Positions 12,905-24,960 are shown, numbered from the whole stretch's first letter. The stretch: 63,618 bases of DNA, filler included, from Octopus bimaculoides (GCF_001194135.2; 5 parts of 5 records of this genome joined end to end with filler, not necessarily neighbours in it); one strand, 5' to 3'. The notes: generated by a model from the sequence alone, not told the origin. Program-made: numbers and translations.

Positions 12905-13345
12905 AAAGGTATGTTTACATATTCTAGTAGTCAAGGAGAAAAGAGAGGTAAAGTTTTCACAGAAAGTTGTAGATATTAAAGTTTTGAATTTTCTAAAGAT
13001 GTTTGTTTGTATGTCTGACCAGAGAAAACTGTAGTGTTCTTGCAATAAAAAGGATGTTTACATTTGCGAATAGTCAGGGAGGAAGGAAAGGAGAGAAAAG
13101 AAGGGTAAAATTTTCATAGAAAATTATAAATATTAGAGTTTTAAAATTTTCTAAAGATGATCGTTTGTATTCCGAACAGAGAAAATTGTAATGTTCTTGT
13201 AATAAAAAGGATGTTTACATTTTCGAATATTCAGGGAGAAAGGAATGGATAGGTATTCACAGAAGTTGTAAATATTAAAGTTTTTTCAAGTTTTTAAAGA
13301 GGATCATTTGTGTGTTCGTCCAAAGAAAATTGTAGATATGTCAGT
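12905..13345. repeat. Diverged ~150-bp tandem repeat, about 3 units
   Basis: ATGTTTACAT anchors at 12911, 13054, 13211 followed by similar sequence. Confidence 0.7.
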
Positions 13346-13436
13346 TTCTAAGCTTATTTTAAGAGAAATTAAAAATACATACAGGAAATTGTAGATGTTC
13401 CAGTTTTTGAAAGATTATTATTATTATTATTATTAT

Positions 13437-14100
13437 TCAGTAGTTTTATTTTTATAACGTGCTTTCACTTCACTACCGAGCGCAGCTCTGTGCGCCTTGG
13501 GTATGTGCTGTGGTTTGCTGTGGTGCTCTTATGTTTACTGTATTGAAAGTGTTTTGCGTAGGATGTGTGCAGTACCCAGTAGTGCAATTTTCTGTATGTT
13601 ATATATATTTGTAAGTCCTGCTATTTTTGTTATGTATTTGTCTGAATATTTTTTTATTATACCTAAGGCACCTACTATGATAGGAATTGTTTCTGTTTTT
13701 AGATTCCACATTCGAGTTACCTCTATTTCCNNNNNNNNNNNNNNNNNNNNNNNNNNNNNNNNNNNNNNNNNNNNNNNNNNNNNNNNNNNNNNNNNNNNNN
13801 NNNNNNNNNNNNNNNNNNNNNNNNNNNNNNNNNNNNNNNNNNNNNNNNNNNNNNNNNNNNNNNNNNNNNNNNNNNNNNNNNNNNNNNNNNNNNNNNNNNN
13901 NNNNNNNNNNNNNNNNNNNNNNNNNNNNNNNNNNNNNNNNNNNNNNNNNNNNNNNNNNNNNNNNNNNNNGTGTATATAGGTCCCAGCTCTGTCGTGTCTG
14001 TGGATATATTCCTTCTTAGCCAGGACTGGGCAGCCAGAGATAATATGATTTATTGTTTCTTGTCGATCTCCACATATTCTACAGTTACTTGTTATATTTC

Positions 14101-14101
<1 letters not shown>
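13437..14101 (-). mobile_element. R4/Dong-type element, 5'-truncated, spanning a gap
   Basis: CCHC knuckle CRICGDRQETINHIISGCPVLAKKEYIHRHD; C-terminus EIEVTRMWNLKTETIPIIVGALG...LLGTAHILRKTLSIQ*; (TAA)n on both sides. Confidence 0.9.
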
Positions 14102-14154
<53 letters not shown>

Positions 14155-14496
14155 GGAGAGGGAAGTGTTGCCTACTAGCAAGTTTGTTGAAAGGTGGGTG
14201 AATGTTGGAAGAATGGCCAGTGTGAAAGAACCAATTCTGAGCGTACACCTGTAAAAAGAGAATTAAAAGAGAAGGGCTCTTGCCCTGTTGATCAGGCACC
14301 CATGGCTTTTCTGGTTTTTCCCACGAGGACCTTAAAGCACCTCCTCTATTGGAAGTTTTAATTTGTTCAATTTTAATTGTTATTTATATTGTTTACACGC
14401 AGAAAAACCCATTGTATCGTCCTATTTTTATCTTTTATGTTGTTTCATATCATTTAATGTTATTTATGTGAGCCCTTGTGGCTAATAAAAGAATAA

Positions 14497-14500
<4 letters not shown>
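14155..14500 (+). mobile_element. Probable L1/Tx1-like LINE 3' end with AATAAA
   Basis: EREVLPTSKFVERWVNVGRM...VHL* then 3' UTR, AATAAA and (TTA)n; family call from recall only. Confidence 0.45.
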
Positions 14501-14544
<44 letters not shown>

Positions 14545-15280
14545 GTTATAAACCATTATTCATGAAAATAAAATCACTATAATTTATGCTTAAAAATGAC
14601 GTCGAAATTGTAACACCGAAGCTTAGAAAATAATTCTCTAGAGAGGTGAACGACGGTTAGATGGAACAAAGAAGCTTCTGAGGAACTAAAATAGAGTTAT
14701 TGTATCCACTGACGCATTCCTTAAAAGTTTAATTTCACAAACTGAAGAAGTCAGGCCTGAGTAGGCTAAGAGAAAGAGACAGAGAGAGAGAGAGATTGAG
14801 TAAAACTCTAAAATGTCTGATATATCCTAGCAGTGATAACGTACGTTCTACTTGGATAAAATGCGTTGCCACATCTTTAATAGAACAATGTATATATGTA
14901 TGTTTGTATATGTGTGTCTGTATATATGTGTGTATGCATGTATGTACGTATGTATAGAGATGTGCATGTGTATGTATATATATATATAATGTAAATAATG
15001 TATAGATATATGCATATATACATATATGTACATACCTACATATATATGTATATATACATGCATATGGGTACAGGACATAAAAAAACGTAGACAAAATCAG
15101 AAACGAGAACATAAAAACATAGAAAAAGAACTTTTTCTTGAACTATGAAAGAAACAAACAGAGAAACGAGACAGGCAACATAAAGAATATTCCCTTCATC
15201 AGTTGTCTCCTGTTTTATCTACTCCGCGTTTCGAAGACAATTCTTACCGCAAAGTAAATTAAATAAAATTTGGGATTTTA

Positions 15281-16172
15281 TATACTTGGAGGCCCGGAAG
15301 TCACTGAGGAGTTTTGATTTTTAATAACTCCCTTATTTTTACAAATAGTTGTATCAAATTTTAATTAAATATAGAGGAGATAATAGAGATTAATTTGCAT
15401 TCGCCCTTTTTCATCATGCCTCTGCATTACGTACGAAAACTGACATCTTTTAAATGGCATCCATTTTCAGCTTCATACTATATGAGGTGCGGTTCTCTTT
15501 GGTGTAGTGCTCTCGGATTCTCGGAGTCCCCAAACCGGCAATTTTGTCTGTTGATGGACTCCTTCAAATGAAAGTGAACTTTTTCAGACATGATTAATTT
15601 TTGTGTAAAATTTGAGTCATTTAGTGTCAATTGCTGGATTCTGACAGCGTGTTGGAGCATGTGTTCATAGGGGCTTCAGCTGTTGTACCAATGTACCTTG
15701 TACAGAAAAAGATGAAGATTGCAGCGAAGTTTGTAAAATCCCAAGCTGCCACGACCGCCGTCGAGTCGACATACCCGAATTCTGTTTAATACTTTCTCGC
15801 ACTCGTTCACTTACCTCATCTGTTCTGACAGTGCAGGGTCTCCCAGATTGTGGGAGATCACTTACTGCCCCTTGTTTTTCAAAACGACGGACTAAGTTCC
15901 TGATTGTGCTTTCACTTGGTGCATCTCTCACTTGAAAATGCCAACGATATGCTCTCTGGGTTTGAATAATTGACCCCTGATTTTGATAGAACAATTTCAC
16001 CACTTGGGTGCTTTGTGCGGTGCCATATTTTTCCATAATTAATTTCGAGGACCTGGTCTATAAAATCCCCTTAAAAAGAAAAATGTCGCCGTAGTCAGAT
16101 GACTGAAACAAGTAAAAAAGTAATATATATAAAAAATTGCAATCTCTGAGTGACTTTTGGGCCATCCTGTAT
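15281..16172 (-). mobile_element. Internally deleted Tc1/mariner transposon
   Basis: ORF 15665..16036 HTH region (PSESTIRNLVRRFEKQG...SGRP); ORF 15478..15660 decayed SDEAHF-like motif and NRQNCRF; imperfect TIRs TATAC..GG..GCCC..AAGTCACT at TA ends. Confidence 0.85.
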
Positions 16173-17068
16173 ATATATATGTACATGTCTGTGTATGTGT
16201 GTGTGTGTGTGNNNNNNNNNNNNNNNNNNNNNNNNNNNNNNNNNNNNNNNNNNNNNNNNNNNNNNNNNNNNNNNNNNNNNNNNNNNNNNNNNNNNNNNNN
16301 NNNNNNNNNNNNNNNNNNNNNNNNNNNNNNNNNNNNNNNNNNNNNNNNNNNNNNNNNNNNNNNNNNNNNNNNNNNNNNNNNNNNNNNNNNNNNNNNNNNN
16401 NNNNNNNNNNNNNNNNNNNNNNNNNNNNNNNNNNNNNNNNNNNNNNNNNNNNNNNNNNNNNNNNNNNNNNNNNNNNNNNNNNNNNNNNNNNNNNNNNNNN
16501 NNNNNNNNNNNNNNNNNNNNNNNNNNNNNNNNNNNNNNNNNNNNNNNNNNNNNNNNNNNNNNNNNNNNNNNNNNNNNNNNNNNNNNNNNNNNNNNNNNNN
16601 NNNNNNNNNNNNNNNNNNNNNNNNNNNNNNNNNNNNNNNNNNNNNNNNNNNNNNNNNNNNNNNNNNNNNNNNNNNNNNNNNNNNNNNNNNNNNNNNNNNN
16701 NNNNNNNNNNNNNNNNNNNNNNNNNNNNNNNNNNNNNNNNNNNNNNNNNNNNNNNNNNNNNNNNNNNNNNNNNNNNNNNNNNNNNNNNNNNNNNNNNNNN
16801 NNNNNNNNNNNNAGTGACTTTTGGGCCATCCTGTATATATATATGTACATGTCTGTGTATGTGTGTGTGTGTGTGCGTGTGTATATATACATATATATAA
16901 ATCTTTAATTAAATATATTCAATGAGAATATTATATACTGAATTTATATTGAGTGCTCTATTGTATCAAAGTATTAATACTATTAAAGTGCTTATGTATT
17001 TAATACGAGAGAGTATATATATTTTATATATATTATTATCATTAATATCAGGAAATCATTATTTAAAA

Positions 17069-17806
17069 ATTCTTCAGAACGATATATATGTGTGTAAAAT
17101 AATTGTTGTATTAAAAATATAAATATAAATATATATAAATATAGATATGCATAAATATATAATAATAAAAGTTTCGAATTAAGTTTTTAAAGCATCTTAC
17201 GATCGTTTCGCAGAAGTGATGTCTCTATAATGGAATCCTATATTGATAAGCATTTATAGACAACTCTTCTGCTCTTCAGAGATATAAAATGTGAAATTTG
17301 TATAATTTATCGAATGCTTGTTTTTTTAAAAATATGAAGTAATATAGGAAAATGGTGTTTGTTTGAAATATAAATGAAAATTTAAAATTACTGCTTTTGA
17401 TTTTGGTAAGTACACTTTAGCATGAGAGTCTTTAAATCCATACATACCTCGTTGGTAAGTCTTCTGCAATAATCCATAATAATTATGTATAAATCCATTA
17501 TATTGTCCTGTATTCCAAATATAGTTCATCGACTTAGATAATATAGAATAATGGAATCCTATATTGATAAGCATTTATAGATAACCCTTCTGTTCCTCAG
17601 AAATATCAAATGTGAAAACACTACCATTTGTTAAATTATACAAATATCAATAGGATTCCATTATAGGGACAGCACTTCTGCGGAACGATCGTAAGATGCT
17701 TTAAAAACTTAATTCGAAACTTTTAAACAGTCATATTTATATTTATATATATTTATATTTTTAATACAACAATTATTTTACACACGTATAAATCTTTCTG
17801 AAGAAT
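17069..17806. mobile_element. Fold-back element: ~170-bp inverted arms (17069-17248 / 17645-17806) plus internal direct repeat; Penelope-like terminal structure
   Basis: Arms align as reverse complements; 17229-17297 repeated directly at ~17549-17617; contains a hammerhead. Confidence 0.75.
17193..17284 (-). ncRNA. Type I hammerhead ribozyme, canonical core
   Basis: AUCU-CUGAAGA-GCAGAAG(long loop)CUUCUGC-GAAAC-GAUC-GUA-AGAU; stem I 4 bp, stem II 7 bp closed by G-C, palindromic GAUC loop III, GUA site. Confidence 0.85.
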
Positions 17807-17815
17807 ATATATATA

Positions 17816-18007
17816 CGACTAAGGGTGTCAAGACATCTACATTGCTAGAAAAAAGAGCTAAATGCTTTAATACTGTAGAAAAAGCACATAAATGTATACA
17901 TATATGCTCTCAGGAGCTGCAATCGCCCGAAGCCGAGTCGGTGCCTTGAGCAGCATTAGAGCATTTTAGTTCTTATTTTAGTTCTTATTTCTTGACACCC
18001 TTAGTCG
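17816..18007. mobile_element. MITE-like element, ~190 bp
   Basis: Perfect 18-bp inverted termini CGACTAAGGGTGTCAAGA / TCTTGACACCCTTAGTCG plus further imperfect internal pairing. Confidence 0.65.
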
Positions 18008-18104
18008 CATTTAATGACAATTATATGTTTACTTTATAGTGTCACATTGCGCATGCATTAATTTATATATGTATATATATATTAATTTATATATATATAT
18101 ATAC

Positions 18105-18321
18105 TCTTTTACTCTTTTACTCTTTTACTTGTTTCAGTCATTTAACTGCGGCCATGCTGGAGCACCGCCTTTAGTCGAGCAAATCGACCCCAGGACTTAT
18201 TCTTTGTAAGCCTAGTACTTATTCTATCGGTCTCTTTGTGCCGAACCGCTAAGTTACGGGGACGTAAACACACCAGCATCGGTTGTCAAGCGATGGTGGG
18301 GGGACAAACACAGACACACAA

Positions 18322-18352
<31 letters not shown>

Positions 18353-18385
18353 CATATATACGACGGGCTTCTTTCAGTTTCCGTC
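18105..18385 (-). mobile_element. SINE family A, 3' half, internal microsatellite and start of 5' half
   Basis: TACTCTTT tail repeats, GCGGCCATGCTGGAGCACCGCC, GACGGGCTTCTTTCAGTTTCCGTC. Confidence 0.9.
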
Positions 18386-19464
18386 NNNNNNNNNNNNNNN
18401 NNNNNNNNNNNNNNNNNNNNNNNNNNNNNNNNNNNNNNNNNNNNNNNNNNNNNNNNNNNNNNNNNNNNNNNNNNNNNNNNNNNNNNNNNNNNNNNNNNNN
18501 NNNNNNNNNNNNNNNNNNNNNNNNNNNNNNNNNNNNNNNNNNNNNNNNNNNNNNNNNNNNNNNNNNNNNNNNNNNNNNNNNNNNNNNNNNNNNNNNNNNN
18601 NNNNNNNNNNNNNNNNNNNNNNNNNNNNNNNNNNNNNNNNNNNNNNNNNNNNNNNNNNNNNNNNNNNNNNNNNNNNNNNNNNNNNNNNNNNNNNNNNNNN
18701 NNNNNNNNNNNNNNNNNNNNNNNNNNNNNNNNNNNNNNNNNNNNNNNNNNNNNNNNNNNNNNNNNNNNNNNNNNNNNNNNNNNNNNNNNNNNNNNNNNNN
18801 NNNNNNNNNNNNNNNNNNNNNNNNNNNNNNNNNNNNNNNNNNNNNNNNNNNNNNNNNNNNNNNNNNNNNNNNNNNNNNNNNNNNNNNNNNNNNNNNNNNN
18901 NNNNNNNNNNNNNNNNNNNNNNNNNNNNNNNNNNNNNNNNNNNNNNNNNNNNNNNNNNNNNNNNNNNNNNNNNNNNNNNNNNNNNNNNNNNNNNNNNNNN
19001 NNNNNNNNNNNNNNNNNNNNNNNNNNNNNNNNNNNNNNNNNNNNNNNNNNNNNNNNNNNNNNNNNNNNNNNNNNNNNNNNNNNNNNNNNNNNNNNNNNNN
19101 NNNNNNNNNNNNNNNNNNNNNNNNNNNNNNNNNNNNNNNNNNNNNNNNNNNNNNNNNNNNNNNNNNNNNNNNNNNNNNNNNNNNNNNNNNNNNNNNNNNN
19201 NNNNNNNNNNNNNNNNNNNNNNNNNNNNNNNNNNNNNNNNNNNNNNNNNNNNNNNNNNNNNNNNNNNNNNNNNNNNNNNNNNNNNNNNNNNNNNNNNNNN
19301 NNNNNNNNNNNNNNNNNNNNNNNNNNNNNNNNNATATATATATATACCCTCTGAAAAATGAACTGAGAACTTTATTTCCTTACTTCTTTACTCTCTACTC
19401 TTCTATTTCATTGTTTATTATCTGCGAATTTTCTATGTCTAGATCTTTCATATATTCTCTACTT

Positions 19465-19530
19465 GTCTCTGATGACGGAATACCTCATACTCGCTTATCA
19501 CTTGGGATATCCCAGAAACAGCTGTAAGAC
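19465..19530 (+). ncRNA. Type I hammerhead ribozyme, canonical core, slightly decayed stem II
   Basis: GUCU-CUGAUGA-CGGAAUA...UAUCCCA-GAAAC-AGCU-GUA-AGAC; stem I 4 bp, palindromic AGCU loop III, 5 of 7 stem II pairs. Confidence 0.75.
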
Positions 19531-19605
19531 CTCAACTAATCTAAGAATAATATAAAACAATGTATATGACATAAGATGCTTGTTATGCCTTGGCGTTTGT
19601 TGTCC

Positions 19606-19736
<131 letters not shown>

Positions 19737-20846
19737 GAAATAAAAGTCTATGAAAATTACTTAATATCGTTTTTGAAGTGTAAAGGTGACTAAAAAAATA
19801 TTTTAAAAAGTGTTATCAAATCTTTTATGAGGATGTTACTAATCTTTTTGAGGAAGAAGTTTTTTTATAGTGTGTGAGCACTTTCGTTTAACGTTTACAT
19901 GTGTGTGTGGTGTGTGTAAATGTATGAATGTATGTGAGTGTGTGTGAGTGTGTGTGTGCGTGTGTGAGTGTGAGTGTGTGAGTGTGAGTGTGTGTTCCGT
20001 CTATTATCAGGGAAGAACAACACTATATTGAAATGTGAAATTAATCAACGCAATTACGACTGCCAGAACTAATTGAATACTTGGCATTAGGTAAAAGAAA
20101 CTCGAGTACAATCTCTTAACTTCCTTGTTGATGATTGAAAGGAAAAAATGACCCAAGTATCGCAACCTTCGACCAAATTATCATAATATATTTTTGTCAC
20201 GTGCCGATACTGTCAGTTGTGACACAAGCAAACAATTGTTTCGTGAAATTCTGCCCTAACACAGTCGCTGCCTCGTAAATTACCTGCATACAATATACTA
20301 TCGTTTAGTGGTAGGCTGCATTATATGTAGCAAAGTCAACGTTTAAGTTGTTCTTCGTTGTATTATGAGGATGTTATAATACTTATTGTTAAAATCTTTT
20401 TTTCTCTCATAAGGAATGCCACAAACAATAACAAGATTTTAAAAAAATAGCTGAAGTAATCTGGGTTCAATAACAGTAGAATATCAGAAATTGAACGGCG
20501 ACACTTTTGATTTGGCAAGTATACAAAATCAGTACCAAAGCCAAAGATGAAGATGAAATTCTCTGAAGATTTATTACCTGTCTTCAGCTCAGCAGACGGA
20601 AGCATTTCACTGGCCATTAAAGTTGCTTCTGAGGTGGAAACCCATTAAAGGTTGGTGACTGTACTATGTCAGCTGCGATTGCTAGGTAATGAAAATTGAG
20701 TTCCAAGAAGGCGTGACAACTTCAAAACCTATTGTCCAGAAGACGGAAATGACACACAGAGACTATGTGCGATCATGATGCACACAAGGAATATCAAACG
20801 GATTCACAACTGTTTTGGGAGACTTCGTATCGGCTTTTCTTGAGTC

Positions 20847-20922
20847 AAGTTCGTATCTGCAAAATATTTAGGTAATGTTGACAGTTACCTAATTTACCTA
20901 AATATTTTGCAGATACGAACTT
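20847..20922. repeat. Perfect 29-bp inverted repeat with 18-nt spacer
   Basis: AAGTTCGTATCTGCAAAATATTTAGGTAA at 20847-20875; exact reverse complement at 20894-20922. Confidence 0.97.
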
Positions 20923-21319
20923 TACATCCAATTCTTTTACTTACCAAATTTTGTTATTTTTCTCGACAGTGGAAAAGAAGAGAGAAAATAGGATATTTTA
21001 AACCTGTATTATAGTTGCAATTCCTGTTTGGAGAAAAGGGGAATTCCATTCCTCAATCTTCCACGAATATCAATGTATAGGTTATCCAAGGTTATCCAAA
21101 TATGACGAAAGCAATTTTTTTTGGAACTTATTAAAGTCTTTGCCCAAAACGACACGTTTCAGGAACGATAGTTGCTACTGAGTTGTGGAAATGTAAAATA
21201 TCTCAGCTCTAATATACAACGTAATATAATATAGTCAGCACTCATCAATCCAAGTTTTATCGAAGATTATGATTGAAGTCACACGTTGCAATTATAGTTG
21301 ACTATACTACTGATATCAG

Positions 21320-21675
21320 AGTGGAGGCACAGTGACCCAGTCGTAGGATCGCGGTTTCGATTCCCAGACCGGGCCTTGTGAGCGTTTATTGGGCGAAAGC
21401 TCCACGAGGCTCCGGCAGGGGGTGGTGGCAAACCCTGCTGTACTCTTTCACCACTGCTTTATTTCACTTTTTCTTCCTGTTTCTGTTGTACCTGTATTTC
21501 AAAGGGCCAGCCTTGTCACACTCTGAGTCACGCTGAATCTCGCCGGGAACACGTGTCTGTGGAGTACACGTGTCTGTGAAGTGCTCAGCCACTTGCACGT
21601 TAATTTCCCGAGCAGGCTGTTCCATTGATCTGATCAACTGGAACCCTCGTCGTCGTAACCGACGGAGTGCCACAA
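21320..21675 (+). mobile_element. tRNA-derived SINE (family C head, tail type 2, RTE-like 3' end)
   Basis: 5' part matches the 5590-5912 element; ends CGTCGTAACCGACGGAGTG. Confidence 0.75.
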
Positions 21676-21839
21676 CTATTGATATCAGCAACTGAGCAAT
21701 TTCCTTCATCCTTGCGATAGGTAATAATAAACGGTGATATGAAACGATTTAATGTTATTTAGCAAATTACCTAGAGCAAGACTGAAGATTTTTTAAAAAA
21801 CTTCCAACAATCAAAAACATTATTTACCAATATCTGTTT

Positions 21840-22330
21840 AACTGTCAGTCTTACAACTGAACAAGTGCCATATTAATTAGGGAAGTTCTCCAAATGCACT
21901 TTTTATGCGCTGCTGTGCACATAGCGTAATCATACTAAAACCTTTCACAATGGCTCTAAAGAAACTTTATGACATCAGATTGGCGTCAGAAAGACAGCAA
22001 CAGAGGCATTCTTGAGCAAGTTATTAGCACTTTTAGTTGGTTCGACAAAGAAATTTGGATGGTGAGGAAAACCCCTGAAGTAAAGAATGTATTGGAAACT
22101 CAAATTCTTCGTTGTTATATCTTGGAATAAAGTTCAAGAGAAAGATTTCAATTTTTCCATTAATTTACCAGAAAGTAATTTAGAAAATGATAAAGATTTA
22201 CTATTTGACTCAGATATATGGAATAAAACATGAAAAGTATGTGATATAAATAAAGATCTTATTTCAAACAATTTGGAGAATGAAGTAAATAAATTGGTTT
22301 GAAAAAATGATGTGAATTCAGGGTGTAAGC
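21840..22330 (+). mobile_element. Decayed hAT-family transposase fragment
   Basis: PNALFMRCCAHS (CxxH motif), LKKLYDIRL (TRW-like), IWNK; many stops. Confidence 0.45.
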
Positions 22331-23166
22331 AGCTGAGAACAAAGATGCCATGATAAAATTTCAGACAATAAAGGAATATTTGATACCTGAAAGAAATTCG
22401 TTGATCATTCGTATCTAATGTCCTTAGGTTCTGTTATAAATAAAACAGGTTAAAGATTTATGCATTTCAAATATGGAGTTACCAGGCTTAAGGCGGTAAC
22501 TTAAAGCGGTTTTGACATTGCAGACAATGTGAACAAATTAGAACTTTTAGCGGCGGATGTGTTCTTTAACGTCATCCACAGTTAAACTGAAATCACATAA
22601 GGGTTTCTTTCATTCAGAGACACACACAAAAGAGACGGTGAACTCTAATCGTGCAACAAATTCTGACGTGGAGCCATTGACTAATAACAGTGCATTCAAA
22701 TTCAGAACAACCAATCGAAATTTGTTTTTTCGTTTTACTCTAGCTTTTGTACATTATATTATTTTTTTCCCAACTTTAACAAAAGTTCAGTTGCGATGAC
22801 AATCCCTCATTCAGCTAGCACAGAGACACAAAATCGTGCTTTTGTTTCGTTCTACAACGGGCAATAATAAATCATCTGTAATAGTTTCGTTCTTCACTGA
22901 AAGTCAGTTGTCTATTGGGGTAGATTACAATAAAGCAACAGATAAGCTGGTAAGAAGTAAGACCAGATTTGGAATTGCTCTTCATGTTTACATATTGCTT
23001 CGCTTTGTTTTTATTATCCGTTAAAAATATATAATAAAAACTAATACGTGTCTTGTTTTCATTAGCTTTTCATTTCAAATTTTCATTTCAAAAGTGTCAT
23101 TGAAAAGGTTAAAAAAACTATTTTGATATTAAATACAGAATGATAATAATGCAATGCCTTTGAAAC

Positions 23167-23203
<37 letters not shown>

Positions 23204-23356
23204 CTCAGNNNNNNNNNNNNNNNNNNNNNNNNNNNNNNNNNNNNNNNNNNNNNNNNNNNNNNNNNNNNNNNNNNNNNNNNNNNNNNNNNNNNNNNNNNNN
23301 NNNNNNNNNNNNNNNNNNNNNNNNNNNNNNNNNNNNNNNNNNNNNNNNNNNNNNNN

Positions 23357-23600
23357 TTATTCTTTTATTCTTTTATTCTTTTACTTGTTTCAGTCATTTG
23401 ACTGCGGCCATGCTGGAAAGACCACCTTGAAGTGTTTTAGTTGAACAAATCAACCCCAGGACTTATTCTTTGTAAGCCTAATACTTATTCTATCAGTCAC
23501 TTTTGCCGAACCGCTAATTCACGTGGACGTAAACACACCAACACCTTTTGTCAAGCGATGATGGTGGGAACACAGACAAAAAGACACACACGCATATACA
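23357..23600 (-). mobile_element. SINE family A, 3' half
   Basis: Aligns by eye to 18105-18330. Confidence 0.85.
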
Positions 23601-23608
23601 GACAAACA

Positions 23609-23640
<32 letters not shown>

Positions 23641-23641
23641 A

Positions 23642-23674
<33 letters not shown>

Positions 23675-23699
23675 CATACATATATACATACATACATAT

Positions 23700-23795
23700 A
23701 TGAGGATTACGTGTCAGTGCAGGCGGTATATTTGCAGCCGCTTTTCTCTCTTGCCTTGCACCACTAAAACTGCTAGTGCTTAGGGGATGCAAGGT
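23700..23795 (-). mobile_element. Short RTE 3' fragment
   Basis: Matches 30329-30415 (GAGGATTAC...GGTATATTTGCAGCCGCTTTTCTC); ORF track gives RKAAANIP in both. Confidence 0.7.
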
Positions 23796-23833
23796 ACACA
23801 CACACACACAAATACACACACGCACACACAAAC

Positions 23834-23883
<50 letters not shown>

Positions 23884-24627
23884 CCTCGTTGCAATACTGT
23901 TTGACGAGAATATGATTAAGTTACATCTCAATCTGATCACGATGCAATCATTTAAAATTAAAATATATCCGCCTCACCTTATTACGTGACAACCGTGTAA
24001 ACCAATATATATCGCTATCCGGTTACAAAATCAGTAAATCAAACTACGCCGCAGTATATCTCGTCATTATGGCTAATACGTAAGTACTAAATATAATACA
24101 TCACGTGCTCCACCCTCTACAGAATTTCACCTTCCTGGATAACTCTGTCTGCCCACATCTTACCCACAAACATCGATCTACAGAAGCTGAATATGGTTTG
24201 CATCAACTGCAAAAGTTTAGGATGGCTTCTAGGTGCCACTGGTTTCAAAGTTCCTCCTTGGATTAAACAATTAGATATAAAATCGTACTAGAAACAGTGA
24301 AGTTAAGAGAAAGAAAATATCTCGTTGATGGAGCGCTAAATGAAGCAGCAGTAGACAAATACTCGTGGTAACATAGGTAACATAGAAATATTTCCACCAA
24401 AAAACAATAAAGAGGTTGTTAAAATGGCCTCTAAAATCCTATTAGACTAATTCAATTTATGGTGTCTCCTCAAAGACATACTGTATCAGTACACATATAT
24501 AGCGGCCTCTTCGGTCTTGGTAAACCATAGGGTTTGGTTTATTATACTCATGAAAAAAATTCTAAGGCTCAAAATTATATATTTCACTTGTTAAGTTTAT
24601 CTCCACAGATAGTATATAATTATAATT

Positions 24628-24960
24628 GACTCCGTCGGTCACGAATGACCATGGGTGTACCTAAGAGGTTCCCCTCCGAAGTACAAGTCGGCGAACGCAT
24701 AGTCTAGGGTTGTTGTTTTTATGGAAGACCAGCAGTCGCCCATGCATACTAGCCATCCCGCTCCATGTCGCTAATGTTATCCAAGGGAAAGGCAAAGGCC
24801 GATACAGCTTGGCACCAGTGACGTCACAACTCATTTCTACAGCTGAGTGAACTGGAGCAACGGGAAATAAAGTGTGTTGCTCAAGAACACAACACACAAC
24901 CTGGTCCAGGAATCGAACTCACAACCTCACGATCGTAAGCTCGACGCTTTAACCACTGAG
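24628..24960 (-). mobile_element. tRNA-derived SINE, CORE-like (family D)
   Basis: CTCAGTGGTTAAAGCG...GAGTTCGATTCC head; TTCTTGAGCAACACACTTT...CTCAGCTGTAGAAATG CORE-like block; tail ends ACCGACGGAGT. Confidence 0.75.

Noticed and set aside
16149-16875. Second mariner end duplicated at 16813-16875
   Set aside because: Matches the sequence just before the gap; probably an assembly overlap
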